The notes under the pieces were generated by a model. That model saw only the letters and a list, made by a program, of their open reading frames with translations, searched no databases and was not told the DNA's origin. A stretch of 64,000 nt of DNA from the human T2T-CHM13v2.0 reference genome, Homo sapiens, in NCBI RefSeq assembly GCF_009914755.1, contig NC_060946.1. One strand, given 5' to 3'. Made by a program: the position numbers and the translations under genes. Positions 11,570 to 24,991 of the stretch are shown piece after piece; the stretch's first letter is position 1, and each line of letters opens with the position of its first letter.

Positions 11570-14500
11570 CTCTTCCTCCTCCGCCAGGAGGGTGAGTGCC
11601 TGCAGCTGCTGCTCACACCTGACCTGTAGCTTCTGCTGCTGTAGCTTCCCCCATGGGCCTCGGGGCATCCAGGGCCTTGCCTAGGAGTGGAGGCTCCACC
11701 ACTTTTGTCCTCAGAGTCAGGAACAGGGACCCCAGGAGACAGAATATCCTGCTCCTCAGCTTGGGACACAGGGTCTCTGCACTGAAATCGTGGGCTGAGG
11801 TGGCAGGTCCAACTGTGTCTTCACAGTCCTTCCTGTGCCTGCCCATGGTGTGGGGACGGAGTGAGGAAGTGTGGGCCATTGAGCTTCACTAGAGGCCTGA
11901 GGGAGCAGAGGTGCTCCCGAAGACCTGGACTCCTTCCGTCACCCTCCTCCCATCACTCTCCTCACTGTAGCTGTGGCCAGGTGAGGGCTCAGGGCTACTT
12001 GAGGACCTTGCTCAACCCAGGGCCTCCATCCCAGGCATTGTTTCCAAACTCTGTAAGGGCTGTCTCTGAATCTGTAGAAACATTTATTTCTATGTGCCCA
12101 GGACTGGGTTAGAGGGCACCAACCCCACCCCTTGCAAACTGCTCATCACCTCTCAGTGAAACAATGAGGAGAAGAAAGAGTTAGAAATCAGAAGCCTCCC
12201 CAAGGCTCCCCTCTCTCCTCTCAACCAGCCTCCCCTTGGCTTCCTCCTTCCACAGAAATAAAGAGGAGGCAGCCACAGAAGGCAAGGGAAGGTCCAGGCA
12301 TTATACCAGGCAGTGGAGCCAGCCAGTCCCCCCAGATGGTGGAGGGAGGTGGTGGAGGTGTCTGGGACCAGAAAATAGTGAGGACCCTCTTACTAAAGTG
12401 AGGAGGGGTGGCATAAACTGAGGCTCAGATGGTGGACCAGATCTCCTGAGCCATCTACTCATTTCTTCTTGAGTTTCAGTTTCAGTAAGAATAGGATAAA
12501 AAAAAAGTCTGAAGAGGTTCCTTTCCTCAGATAAGAATTCGTAGAGGATTATTGCCCACTCAGGCATTGAGGGGAGGCTGAGCCTCCCTCTCAGGCCAAT
12601 AGAACTGGGGGCTTTCATGGGAATTTGATTGTACTGAAGCTCCCAGACTCTGACATCTAAGACTTATGCTCTCGTAGCAGAGCCCAGCACTGATACCAAA
12701 ATGGATAAAGGCTGATTGATAAGCCTGGAATATCCTAGCTGACACCGACTTGTGGAAAAGAGAATCAAGTTAGAATATTGATGTGATAAGGTGGCATCGC
12801 ACAGTGAGGAGAGGAGAGCTTGTGTGGGGGAGGGTAGAGGAGCCATTAGAGGGTTGGACAAAGAGGACACAGAATCTGAGGTAAGTTTGTGAGGAAAACT
12901 CCAGATGCTTCAGAGAAGATGGACAAGGAGGTAGGCAGTATGAAGGCCATGGGACCAGCTCTAGTCACCGGGAGTGAGTGGTGAGATTCAGCACCAGTGT
13001 CTGGGGAGGAGGTACTGAAGCCTGGGTGAGGGGAGATGCTCAAGGCTGGCCTTAGGACCTGAGTGGGGCACAGTGATCACACTGCTGGGGGGTCCTTCAA
13101 GTGCAAGGGGGCTGCAGGAAGGCTCGAGCTCATTGTCACAATGAAAACTTAGACAACAGCTCCCCAGACTTGTTCAAAGGTGTCACAGGACTTTTTCCTC
13201 TCCACATGGCAACGGGGAGAGGAAAACTTATCTCTGAGATATATAAGATGTTTGTTCTCCATAACCTCTCCTGTCCCCTGGCTGAATTCCTATTTGGAAA
13301 CAAAATGACTCTCCAGTTTTACATATGACATCCTCACTAAAAAAAAAGTTCCAGAATGAGAAAGATCTGCCCTCCCTGACCCACTGGTGAGGAATCTCAG
13401 CCTTCAGGACAACCAGACGAAATCGTTCATGCCATCTCCCATGACAGCATCATGGGGACCAGGGAGCATATCTTATGGGTTTGGGCCACACACTGCCTGT
13501 CCCAAACATTGCAGCTGGGGACACTTATATGCTGAACTCATGGCTGGGAGATCTGGGGTCTAGACATGACAGGAAGAGGAAAAAGACCAGGAGCTCTGCC
13601 TAAGTAGCCCCAGTGTGTGAATCACTCTACCCTCCACCCTCAACTTCAGTTCGTGATGGGTGTTGTCTTGCGAAAACTGACAGCTGGGCTGGGACACAGG
13701 CAAGAGAGACTCTGACCCACAAATCTCCATCGTGGGCTCTCTGGCCTTTCTGATATTCTTTTTGCACATCAATTCTGGGCCAAGACACATCCATGCTCAT
13801 CAAGAAGGCATTGATAGGAGAATCAGGTAGCCTCCAGAGAGACAGGAAGCAGATAAACACCCTCATGTTGGCCTCCTAAGCTCAGAGGAGAAAAAAAAGG
13901 GAAAGAAGTTCAAGAAGCCACACTAGAAGCCACTGATCACCATCACCTCGGCACCTGTCCTCCATCTGCCCCTCTTTCAAGTAAGGACCAGACTCAGGGG
14001 ACAGCACCTGCACCTCCCTTTCTGTCCATGCACTGTGTAGGGAGCCTCCTTCTGCTCTCATCTCAAGGCGACTGCTCCGCCAGGTCAGCCGTGTCACTGC
14101 TGAGAGTCTTACCTCAGTCCTGGTCACAGGGTCTTGGATCAGCAGCAACCTGGCTTTGATTCAGCTGTGACCCTGCCCCTTCAGGACACAAAGCCGATGA
14201 TTAAAGCCTAACTGAACTCTCCTAGATTTCTCAAACCTTAGATTCTCCTTCTCTGTGTCCCTCTAGAAAGTGCCACCTCTACCAAATAATTTCATGTTAT
14301 TTCCTCAGGTCTAGAGCTATTTGATTACCAAAATTCTATACTCACTCTTCTGCTCTCATTCCTTGTCATGGTCCATTTTCCACTCAGGAGCTAATGATGC
14401 CAACCCTGTATCTACAGGCCATTGTCACAAAAAAAAAAAAGAAATGAGAGGGTTCCTTAGATAAATACAGGGTTAGCAAAGAAAAGTTTCATTACCCCTT

Positions 14501-16294
14501 AGGAATTACTCCAAGATCTAAGAAAATTAATTCCAGAGCTTCAAGAGTTTACTCCTCAGAAACAACAGCATGAATACATTAGGTAGTGAATGTTCTTGGT
14601 CTTCTCAATGAATAACCTCTGAAAGGTTCAGAGTATACGTTTCAAAAAGATAAGTGCATAACTTTCACAAAAATGTAATCTTAACTTATGTCATCAATTT
14701 TAATTGGTATATATATTTCTGGAAAAAAAAGCAGTATGATGGTAAAAGAAATGTAAAAAAGCCTTTGTAAAACCCAGTGCTTACAGTCCACCAGGATAGC
14801 ACCTGTGAAGCAAATTTTCTTTGCTGAAGATACACCGCCTTTTAGAATAATAGCAAGATAGTTTGAATTTGTCTTCTTCTCTCACAACAATCTAAAAATT
14901 AACATGATCCCATTTATATGAAATATCTAGAAATATATCTGTACATGTGGACATTCCCATCGCACACCTCCCATCCAGGCTGTCCTAAAGTGGCATCTCC
15001 TCTTCTTCTGCTCATGTTCTCCCCCTCTCCTCACCTCTCCTGCTGACACGTGGCTCCTCCCTGCCTTCCTCTCCAGTAGCCCCAGCAGATCAGGCCCAAC
15101 CAGTCAACAAGCTCCTGGACTTGGGGAACAAAAGTACATCTTCTTGGATTTCTGAGGACTTGCCCTGCCAGGGTGTCTTTCTCAATCCAATCTCTCCTTC
15201 CCGGCAGTCCACTTCTCCTAGATCCTGTAATTTATCTAATCTTATTCATCTGTATCTACTTCGTGGACTTCCTTACATCTTCACCTGAACACCAGGAATC
15301 TTCAGGTCATGCCCATATGCCCTTGGTTCTCCTGTAGTCCCTTCTTCCTTCTTCCCCTGTGATGCCACCAAGTCGAAGTCTCTTCTCAGACCCTGGAGTG
15401 CAGCAGGGACTTCTCTGGTCTCTGCCCCAGGGATTAAGGGGGTGGAAGAGTGGACTCCTGTGCCCTTCCTATGCCTGTGTTTTCATCAGGGTTAGCTGCA
15501 AAAGGTAGGGATTAGGCTGTCTAGGTAGGGATTATGGCATTAGGTAGGGATTATGGCATTTCCAGAGCTGAGCTCTATGCCCAGCAAAAGATACGTGCTC
15601 AGCAACTACTTGACAGAGACCTACCTCTTATCACATGGGACACATTATACTGGACCCAGGATGGGGCTGAACTGGGAGAGGTAGCTGTGGACCTGCTCCT
15701 CGCTCTGCCCTCACCCTAAGAGCTGATGGGGCATCCACCAGGAAGAGCATTCCTGGGCAGGGAGAGGGCCATGAGCAGCCTTGTCCTGTATGTGAGACAC
15801 AGCTCAGCCCGGTCACAAGATCCAGATGACTATGACTGCAATTCAGGGGAAGTAGAGAATGAAGATTGACCAGAATAACCCTCTGGGAATGTGCCCTGGG
15901 CCTCCTAGAGGGAAGAGCTTCCCTTCTATTCAGCGCTGCAGGATCCACAGAGGAAGGAGAGCCCTGGCCACCAGGGAGGAGCCACATGAGAGGACCCGGT
16001 GTCCCCACAAATGGGAACGTGAGTCCATGAAAGTCGGTCCCTGCTCTGGGTTTGATTGTGACCTATGAGGACATTGTGTAGTCACCACCTGAGTCCTCTA
16101 CAATAAACAGTGAGAGCGCCACGGACAGATTCACTCCCGAGGAGCCCAGTAAAGTGGGAGGACTGAGGTCACAGGGAGAAGACACAGGCACCACCTGGCC
16201 TGGCCCTGACAGGGGGCAGTGGACAGAACAGTGCGGAGGCAGTGGGGTCTCTAGAGGCTCTGGTCACCTTGTCATACCATGGTTTGTCTCGGTC

Positions 16295-16312
16295 TGGACA
16301 CTAGAGGGCACT
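16295..16312 (+). promoter_or_regulatory. CTCF-like motif upstream of IGLV1-40
   Basis: TGGACACTAGAGGGCACT vs consensus TGGCCACCAGGGGGCGCT; motif match only. Confidence 0.6.
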
Positions 16313-16512
16313 TGGGGATCATTCCTGAGAAGACTGAGGTTGATCAGAGCAGAACCAGCCACCTGTCCTGCCTAGTGTCCTCTGCTCAGGGCTCACAGCT
16401 GCGTCCTTTACACCCGTGGGACCACACAGCCCCACCCCTGCCACCCCCTGACATCCTCAGGCATAGGGACCTGACCCAGGGCCCAGGGTGGGATTAGAAA
16501 GCTGGGGGTCTG

Positions 16513-16520
16513 ATTTGCAT
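16513..16520 (+). promoter_or_regulatory. Octamer (IGLV1-40)
   Basis: ATTTGCAT 114 bp upstream of the ATG. Confidence 0.9.
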
Positions 16521-16626
16521 GGATGGACCCTCCCACTCTCAGAGTATGAAGAGGGGCAGGGAGAGATTTGGGGAGGCTCTGCTTCAGCTGTGGGCACAAG
16601 AGGCAGCACTCAGGACAATCTCCAGC

Positions 16627-17092
16627 ATGGCCTGGTCTCCTCTCCTCCTCACTCTCCTCGCTCACTGCACAGGTGACTGGATACAGGTCCAGGGGAGGGG
16701 CCCTGGGAAGCCTATGGATTCTTGCTTTCTCCTGTTGTCTCTAGAAGCCGAATAATGATGCCTGTGTCTCTCCCACTTCCAGGGTCCTGGGCCCAGTCTG
16801 TGCTGACGCAGCCGCCCTCAGTGTCTGGGGCCCCAGGGCAGAGGGTCACCATCTCCTGCACTGGGAGCAGCTCCAACATCGGGGCAGGTTATGATGTACA
16901 CTGGTACCAGCAGCTTCCAGGAACAGCCCCCAAACTCCTCATCTATGGTAACAGCAATCGGCCCTCAGGGGTCCCTGACCGATTCTCTGGCTCCAAGTCT
17001 GGCACCTCAGCCTCCCTGGCCATCACTGGGCTCCAGGCTGAGGATGAGGCTGATTATTACTGCCAGTCCTATGACAGCAGCCTGAGTGGTTC
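16627..17092 (+). CDS. IGLV1-40: Ig lambda variable gene segment IGLV1-40, functional (leader 16627-16672; L2+V 16783-17092)
   Basis: [59 protein letters not shown]...[12 protein letters not shown]; canonical splice sites. Confidence 0.97.
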
Positions 17093-17131
17093 CACAGTGC
17101 TCCAGGCCCGGGGGGAACTGAGACAAGAACC
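17093..17131 (+). other. 23-RSS of IGLV1-40
   Basis: CACAGTG + 23 nt + ACAAGAACC. Confidence 0.96.
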
Positions 17132-18165
17132 CACTTCCTCCTCTGCCAGGAGGGTGAGCCCCGGCAGCTGCTGCTCAGGCCTGGCCTGTGGCTTCTGCGG
17201 CTGCTGCTTCCCTCATGGTCCCAGGGGCATCCAGGGCCCTGCCTGGGAGTGGAGGCTCCTCCTCCCCTTCTGTCCTCAGAGTCAGGAACAGGGAATCCAG
17301 GAAGCAGAATATCCCTCTCCCTTAACTTGGGACACAAAGTCTCTACACTGAAGTTCTGGACTCAGGTGGCAGATCCAGTTGTGTCACCTCAGACCCACCT
17401 CTGATAGGGAACCCATGTATTCATTATTCTCCTTTCCCCAATTCCAGGAGTTTCCGGAGTGGTGTCTTCCTCTCCCTGCTCCTCAATGTGAGTCCCTGTG
17501 TTTCTTTTCTCCCAGGCCTATTCTTTTTTTTTTTTTTTAACAAAACTCCTTTCATGAAGGAAAAATGCACACCTAATAAACCAGCTGAATTTATAGCATT
17601 AAATTCGGCCCATTTTGGCATTTTTCTGGATCTTTGAAAATATCACCACCACTGAGCTATGCAACCTCTGACTAACCCCAGCAGCCCTTCATGATGCTTT
17701 GTCATCTCCTTCACTCCCCGAATGCCCTCCTGGGCAGCCAGGAATCTGCCTTTGCCACTACTGTATGGTTTCCATTTTCTGAAACTTACTAGTGTTATCA
17801 AACACTATCTTCCCATTTGTTCGAGCTTCTTTCACTCTGCACACTTCTTTTCAGATTCTCCCTGCTGTTGCTGAATTGCATCCCATTCTACAGAGGGCTC
17901 ATTACAACCTTTGAGGGTCTAGGACATTCTCTTCTGATTCTATTTATTTACTTATTTATTTTAAAGTTTGAATTCATTGTCCATCAAATCAAACTCTACG
18001 GGTGATGTTCATCTAAGGTGACAGGAGTCAGTGAGGGCTTCTCAGGATTCTTGCTTCTTCATCTCTTCCCTCTAATTCTTTCTATAATGGGAGAATTTCT
18101 TATCTTTTTAAAGTTTTTCTATTTATTATTTTATGTTGGCTTTTAAGGTTTTTAGTGTTTTTTAA

Positions 18166-18520
18166 AATTTTTTTATTTCAATAGGTTTTTGGGAAACAGA
18201 TGTTGTTTTGTTACATAAATAAGTTTGTTAGTGGTGATTTCTGGGATTTTGGTGCACTCATCACCCAAGCAGGGAACACTGTACCCAATGTGTAGTCTTT
18301 TATCCCTCACCCCATCCCACCCTTTCTCCTGAGTCCCCAAAGTCCGTTGTATCATTCTTATGCCTTTGTGTCCTCATAGCTTAGCTCCCATTTATGAGTG
18401 AAAACATATGATGTTTGCCCTTTTATTCCTGAGTGAATTCACTTATAATGATAGTCTCCATTCCATCCGGGTTTCTGTTAATGCCATTATTTCATTCCTT
18501 TTTAAGGCTGAGTAGCAGTC

Positions 18521-18584
<64 letters not shown>

Positions 18585-21362
18585 ACATTTGCTTCATCCA
18601 CTCATTGATTGATGGGCATTTGGGTTGGTTCTATGTTTTTGCAATTGCAAATTGTGCTGCTATAAACATGAGTGTTCAAGTAATTTTTTCATGTAATGAC
18701 TTCTTTTCCTCTTGGTAGATACCTAGTAGTGAGATTGCTGGATCAAATGGTAGATCCAGTTCTTTAATGAATCTCCACACTCTTTTCCATAGTGGTTGTA
18801 CTAGTTTACATTCCCACCAACAGTGTAAAAGGGTTCCCTTTTCACCACATCCATGCCAGCATCAATTATTTTAATTTTTTTATTATGCCCATTCTTGAGG
18901 GAGTAAGGTGGTATTGCATTGTGACTTTGATTTTCATTTCTCTAATCGTTAGTGATCTTGAGCATTTTGCCATATGCTTGTTAGCCATTTGTATATCTTC
19001 TTTTGAGAATTGTCTATTCATGTCTTTAGCCCACTTTTTGATGAGATTGTTTGTTTTTTTCTTGCTGATTAGTTTGAGTTCTTTGTAGATTCTGGATATT
19101 AATACTTTATTAGATGTATAGATTGGGAAGATTTTCTTTCACTCTGTGGGTTGTCAGTTAACTCTGCTGACTGTTTATTTTGCTGTGCAGAGGCTATTTC
19201 ATTTAATTCAGTCCCATCTATTTATCTTCGTTTTTAATGCATTTCATTTTGGATTCTTGGTTATAAAGTCTTTGCTTAAGCCAATTTCTTCTAGAATTTC
19301 TAAGGTTTCATGTCTTAGATTTAAGTCTTTGACCAATCTTGTGTTAGTTTTGTATAAGATGAGAGATGAAGATCCATTTTCATTCTTCTACGTGTGACTT
19401 GCCTATTATCTCAGCACCATTTGTTGAATAGCGTCTCCTTTTCCCACTTTATGTTTTTGTTTGCTTTGTCAAAGATCAGTTAACTCTAAGTATTTTGCTT
19501 CATTTCTGCATTCTCTATTCTGTTACATCGGTCTATGTGCCTATTTTTATACCAGTACCATGCTGTTTTGGTCATTATGGCTTTATAGCATAGTTTGAAG
19601 TCAGGTAATGTGATGCTTCCAGATTTGTTATTTTTGTGTAGACTTGTTTTGGCTACCGGGGCTCTTTCTTGGTTTCATATGAATTTTAGTTCTATGAAGT
19701 TCTGTGAAGAATGATGGTGGTATTTTGATGGAAATTGTATTAAACTTGTAGATTGTTTTGGCAGTATGGTCATTTTCACAATATTCATTCTATACATCCA
19801 TGAGCATAAAATGTATTTCCATTTGTGTCATCTGTGACTTCTTTCAGCAGTGTTTTGCAGCTTTCCTGGTAGAGGTCTTTCACTTTCTTGGTTAGGTATA
19901 TTTCTAAGTATTTTAGTTTTTTGGCAGCTATTGTAAAAGGGGTTGAGTTCTTGCTTTGATTCTCAGCTTGGTTGCTGTCGTTGTATAGCACTGCTACTGA
20001 TTTGTGTCCTTTAATTTTGTATCCTAAAACTTGCTGAATACTTTCACTAGTGCTAGAAGCATTTGGGGTGAGTCTTCAGGGTTTTCTATGTATACAATCA
20101 TATTATCAGCAAACAGTGACAGTTTGACTTCCTCCTTATCAGTTTGGATATCCCTGATTTCTTTCTCTTGTCTGATTGCTCTGGCTAAGACTTCCAGTAC
20201 TACGTTGAATAGAAGTGGTGAAAGTGGGCATCCTTTTGTTGTTCCATTTCTCAGGGGAAATGCTTTTAACTTTTCCCCATTGAGTATAATGTTGGCTGTG
20301 GGTTTGCCATAGATGGCTTTTGTTGCCATAAGGTATGGTCCCTTCTATGCTGATTTTGCCAAGTTTGAATCATAAAGGATGCTGGATTTCGTTAGATGCC
20401 TTTTCTGCATCTATTAAGATAATCATGTGATTTTGTGTTTTAATTCTGTTTATATGGTGTATCACATTTATCAACTTGTGGATGTTAAACCATCTCTGCA
20501 TTTCTGGTATAAAAGCAATTTGATCATGGTAGATTATCTTTAAGACAGCTGTTGGATTTGGGTAGCTAGTATTTTGTTGAGGATTTTTGCATCTAGATTC
20601 ATCAGAAATATTGGTCTGTAGTTTATTTTTGTTATGTCCTCCCTGGTTTTGGTATCAGAATGATACTGTCTTCACAGAATGATTTAGAAAGGATTCCCAT
20701 TTTCTCTATGCTGTTGAATAGAGTCAGAAGGATTGGTACCAGTTCTTCTTTGAATATCTAATAGAATTCAGCTGTGAATCCATCTGGTCCTGGATTTTTT
20801 GTTGTTTGCAATTTTTTTTATTACCATTTCAATCTAGCTGCTTGTTATTGGTCTGTTCAGAGTTTCTACATCTTCCTGGTTTAACCTAGTAGTGTTGTAT
20901 ATTTCCAGGAGTTCATCCATCTCCTTTAAGATTTCTAGTTTATGTACATAAAAGAGTTCATAGTAGCCTTTAATGATCTTTTGTATTTCTGTGGTATCAA
21001 TAGTAATATCTCCCGTTTCATTTCTAATTGAGCTTATGTGGGTCTTCTCTCTTCTTTTCTTGGTTAATCTCGTTAATGGTCTGCCAATTTTATTTATCTT
21101 TTCAAAGAACCAGCTTTTTGTTTCATTTATCTTTTGTATTTTTTTTTGTTTTGACTTCATTTAGTTCTGCTCTGATCTTCATTATTTCTTTTCTTTTCCT
21201 GGGTTTGGGTTTGGATTGTTGTGGTTTCTCCAGTTCTGTGAGGGGTGACCTTAGATTTTCTACTTGTGCTCTTTCAGACTTTTTGATGTAGGTATTTAAT
21301 GCTATAAACTGTCCTTTAAGCACCACTTTTGCTGTATCCCAGAGCTTTTGACAGGTTGCATT
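18166..21362 (-). mobile_element. 5'-truncated LINE-1 (L1PB-type 3' end) with decayed ORF2
   Basis: Minus-strand ORF2 fragments ([21 protein letters not shown]..., [11 protein letters not shown]) and an L1PB-like 3' UTR. Confidence 0.9.
18524..18582. repeat. (TA)n microsatellite inside the L1
   Basis: About 29 TA units. Confidence 0.97.
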
Positions 21363-21533
21363 AAGATTTAGAACAATTGCAATCTTACTATCAATCAACA
21401 GCTTTTTAATTCCTGAGGATGTGACCTCATTTAATCCTGACAATAGCTTTATTATTGCTTTTCAGGCAGTAGACCGTGATTGAAGAGGTAATGCTTTGTG
21501 GCCTGGAGGTAAGGTTCTAAAATTTATCAAATA

Positions 21534-21613
21534 TTAAATTGGTGCACAAGTAATTGCAGGTTTTACAAATAAAAGTAATGGCAAAACCCACAAGGACTTG
21601 TGCACCAATGTGA
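21534..21613. mobile_element. MADE1 (Hsmar1-derived MITE)
   Basis: 80-bp palindrome TTAAATTGGTGCACAAGTAATTGC...ACTTGTGCACCAATGTGA flanked by TA; empty site in the paralog at ~46256. Confidence 0.85.
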
Positions 21614-23616
21614 TATAAACACTGGAGGTCAGTTAAATTTGAATTCAGTAAAAACAATGATAAAGAATCTGTATGTGTATCACCCACACAGTATTGTTCA
21701 ATTGTAATACAAACAACTGGGTGCCCTGCATTTTATCGGGAAACTCCACACAGGGTTCGCAGCTTGAAAGAGGCAGAGCTGTGGCAGGCCTGCCCTTCCT
21801 GATGCCAGGTCTAGGTGCTTAACGTCAAAGACAGAGCTTCTCTAAGAGAGCTACCCTCAAGTGAACATGTCAGTTGGCACTAAATACATGTGATATGATC
21901 CCCAGTCAATGATCCCCACTCACTTCCCTAATTCTTTCTATTATCCTTTAAGTTTGCAGACTCAGGGCCTCCCCAGAAATTGCTGCAGCCTGAGTTCTGG
22001 ACCTGGGACCGCATGTCCTGTCACAACCAGATGCAAAAGGGCTCTTTAGTCCCTACACAGAATGGCTTCAGCCAGGAGAGCATAAATAACATGTAAGATT
22101 AGAAGAGCTCAGAGGGGCTCTCCTTCTGTCCCATGACAGATGAAACTTCAGGGCTCTGATGCTTGTCAGGGAATCTCCTTCAGTGAGGCCAAGATCCCAG
22201 GACTTTACTAAAATTAGCAGAGTGGACCAGACAGGCATGTCATGGTACAGGAATTGTGTTCAGAACAATAAGTGCAGATGCATCTTAACAAGGGCCTTCA
22301 CGTTCTATCTTTGGTGAAAAAGGAAATAGACAAAGGCATGGAGAAACTGAAGGACTCAATGGGTCTGGGACTGAGGTAGCGCTGAGTGCTTTGGGCTTGT
22401 CCTGGAGCAGTCTGCAGATGATAACAGCTGGGAAGTCCACCCCTGCTGTGACCTTGTTTCATCTGCCCACTGGATCAGTGGCTGTGTCCTCACAGGAAAG
22501 CTGGCTGTAGCCAGACTGGCCTTCTCCATCCCACCTGGGAAATGTATTCAGATGACTCTCTGGGGTGAGGTTCTACTAAGGGCTTGGGAGTTATGAGGAG
22601 GGGGCTGATTTGCATGAAAGAACCATTTCACCCCCTTTCCTTCATCTAAAACCCATTAATAGAAACTTCAGGGCCATTCATAGAAGTCCAGCTGGTCTCC
22701 TACATTTGTGGGGCATAAAGGATCAATGCCTGATGAATGCCTGATCAATCTAAAGGAAGAGGGGCTATCAGCAGGTAGTGGTCAGAGTGAGAAAGGAACT
22801 GACTTTTTTGAGAGATTCATCAACACAGCCACCAACTCTGGGACAAATGGGGTGACTCTCTGTAACTGTCACCCCAAATTACCCACAGGACACTGAGCCA
22901 GTCCCCTCATTCTATTGCTTCTGGTTCTAGTCCATTCCCCTATTGTCCCTAAACACGTTGCCCATGTCTGAGTCCAGGGTGGCAGGGATACCTCCATCCC
23001 AGTCAACATCTACAGAGGGCCTCTTCTGTTCCCCTCTCACCTCATGCAGGTTACTACTGTTGTGGGTCTGGTGGAGTGGCCCCTGGAGAACACAAGGTAT
23101 CCCTTCCTCTGGAAAGCCAGGCATGTAATAGACATGGTATGGGTTGATGTAGAGCAGAGTGGCTCATCCAGATGCAAAGCAGTAAGACCTTGGCTACAGA
23201 AAATTATTTCACAAAATTCCACACCCTTTCATGACAAAAACACTCGATGAACTATAAATAGAAGGAAACTACCTCAACATAGTAAAGACCATCTATGAAA
23301 CTCCCATAGTTTACATCACATAAAATCTGAACAACCAGAGACATTTTCTGTAATATCAGGAACAAACCAAGGATGCATACTTTCACATCTTCAATTCCAA
23401 ATATTATTGGAAGACCTAGGCAGAGCATTTAGCCTAGAAAAAGAAATAAACAGAATAAAAACTAGAAATAAAAGTATAAAATTATCTCTGTTTTCAGATG
23501 ACATAATGTCATATGTAGAACGCCATTAAAAGACCCAGAAAATAATTCTGAAAGAATGATTAAGTGAATTTGGTAATGTTTCAGGATACAAAATCACCAC
23601 TTAAGAACATCTCATG

Positions 23617-23752
23617 GCTAGGCATGGTGGCTGACGCCTATAATCCCAACACTAGGGAGGCTGAGGTGGGAGAATTGCTTGGGGTCAACAGTTCAAGAAC
23701 AGCATGAGCAACAAAGCAAGAACCTGTCTCTACCAAAAATAAAAAAATAAAA
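23617..23752 (+). mobile_element. FLAM / Alu left monomer
   Basis: GGCTAGGCATGGTGGCTGACGCCTATAATCCCA... plus A tail; paralog at 49810-49930. Confidence 0.8.
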
Positions 23753-23829
23753 AGGAAGGAAAGTCACTTGTATTTCTATACTTAACCAAACAGGACACCA
23801 CCCAAAATGAAATTAAGAAAACAATTCAA

Positions 23830-24949
23830 GAGGACCCACAGACCCTCTGAAGGAAGGGGACTGCACCCGCAGGACCCGGGAGACACCGCAAATACTGTGA
23901 GTGCCTCAACTGCGGAAGTGGGAAAAGGAGACCCTCCTCTCCCAAACACACACCCCTACTGAAGAATGTGAAAGTCTGTTAGCAGGAGAAGTTCTCAACT
24001 TTACCTGGAACGGAGTTAAGTTAGACAGCCAAGCTCAGTGAAATACACAGGTGTAGGAGGTAGCGGGGAGGCCCTGGGAACTTGCTGAATCCCCAAGCAA
24101 CCCATTCCTTTCTGGCACCACAGGAATACATCAGGAAGGAGGACAGACAAGCAGCGGGTAAAACTCCACGGGAAGAAGGACTTCCCTAGCTGAACTTTGC
24201 AACAATTCGAATCGGGTGAGAGGCCTCCTGGCTCTAGTATCCATGGCACTAGTATCCATGGCTGAGAGGCCCATGGATAGTTCACATCACAGGACTCTGT
24301 GCAGAAACCCCCAGTACCAGCCCAGAGCCGGGTAGACTTGCTGGGTGGCTAGACCCAGAAGAGAAACAAAAATCACTGCAGTTCAGCTCGCAGGAAGACA
24401 TCCACAGGAAAAGGGGGAGAGTGCTACATCAAGGGAACACCCCATGGAACAAAAAAAATCTTACCAGCCTTTAGCCCTAGACCTCTCCTCTGACAGAGCC
24501 TACCAAAATGAGAAATAACTTGGGGGGAAGAGTGGGAGAGGGGCGAGGAGTAAAAGACAACAAACATGGTACAGTGTATACTGCTCAGGTGATGGCTGCA
24601 CCGGGATCTCACAAATCACCCCTAAAGAACTTACTCATGTAACCAAACACCATCTTCCCAATAACTTACAGAAAAAAAAAAAAGAATATTATAACAATGG
24701 AATCATATATTATGCAGCCTTTCAGCATTGGCTTTTTTCACGGAGCACAATTTCCTTGAGATATATCTGAGTTGCGTTGTATCAATTATATAGTTTGTTT
24801 CTTTTTATTGCTGAGTAATGTTTCATGGTACGGTTGTATCAAGCTTGTTTAACCATTCGCCAGTTGAGGAACATGTGGATTATTTCCAGTTTATTTTTTT
24901 GGCTATTAGGAATAAAACTACTATGAACATTCTTATACATTAAAAAAAA
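23830..24949 (+). mobile_element. Internally deleted L1PB (5' UTR fused to 3' end) with a 3' transduction
   Basis: Perfect 15-bp TSD AAGAAAACAATTCAA (23815-23829, 24950-24964); starts GAGGACCCACAGACCCTCTGAAGG; first polyA ~24672-24682; extra ~260 bp with AATAAA at 24911 and a second polyA. Confidence 0.85.
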
Positions 24950-24991
24950 AAGAAAACAATTCAAATTTCGTCATTAGAATGAGTAAAATGC

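Noticed and set aside
14031-14037. Isolated minus-strand CACAGTG heptamer (and a + strand one at ~6418)
   Set aside because: No nonamer at 12- or 23-nt spacing; expected by chance
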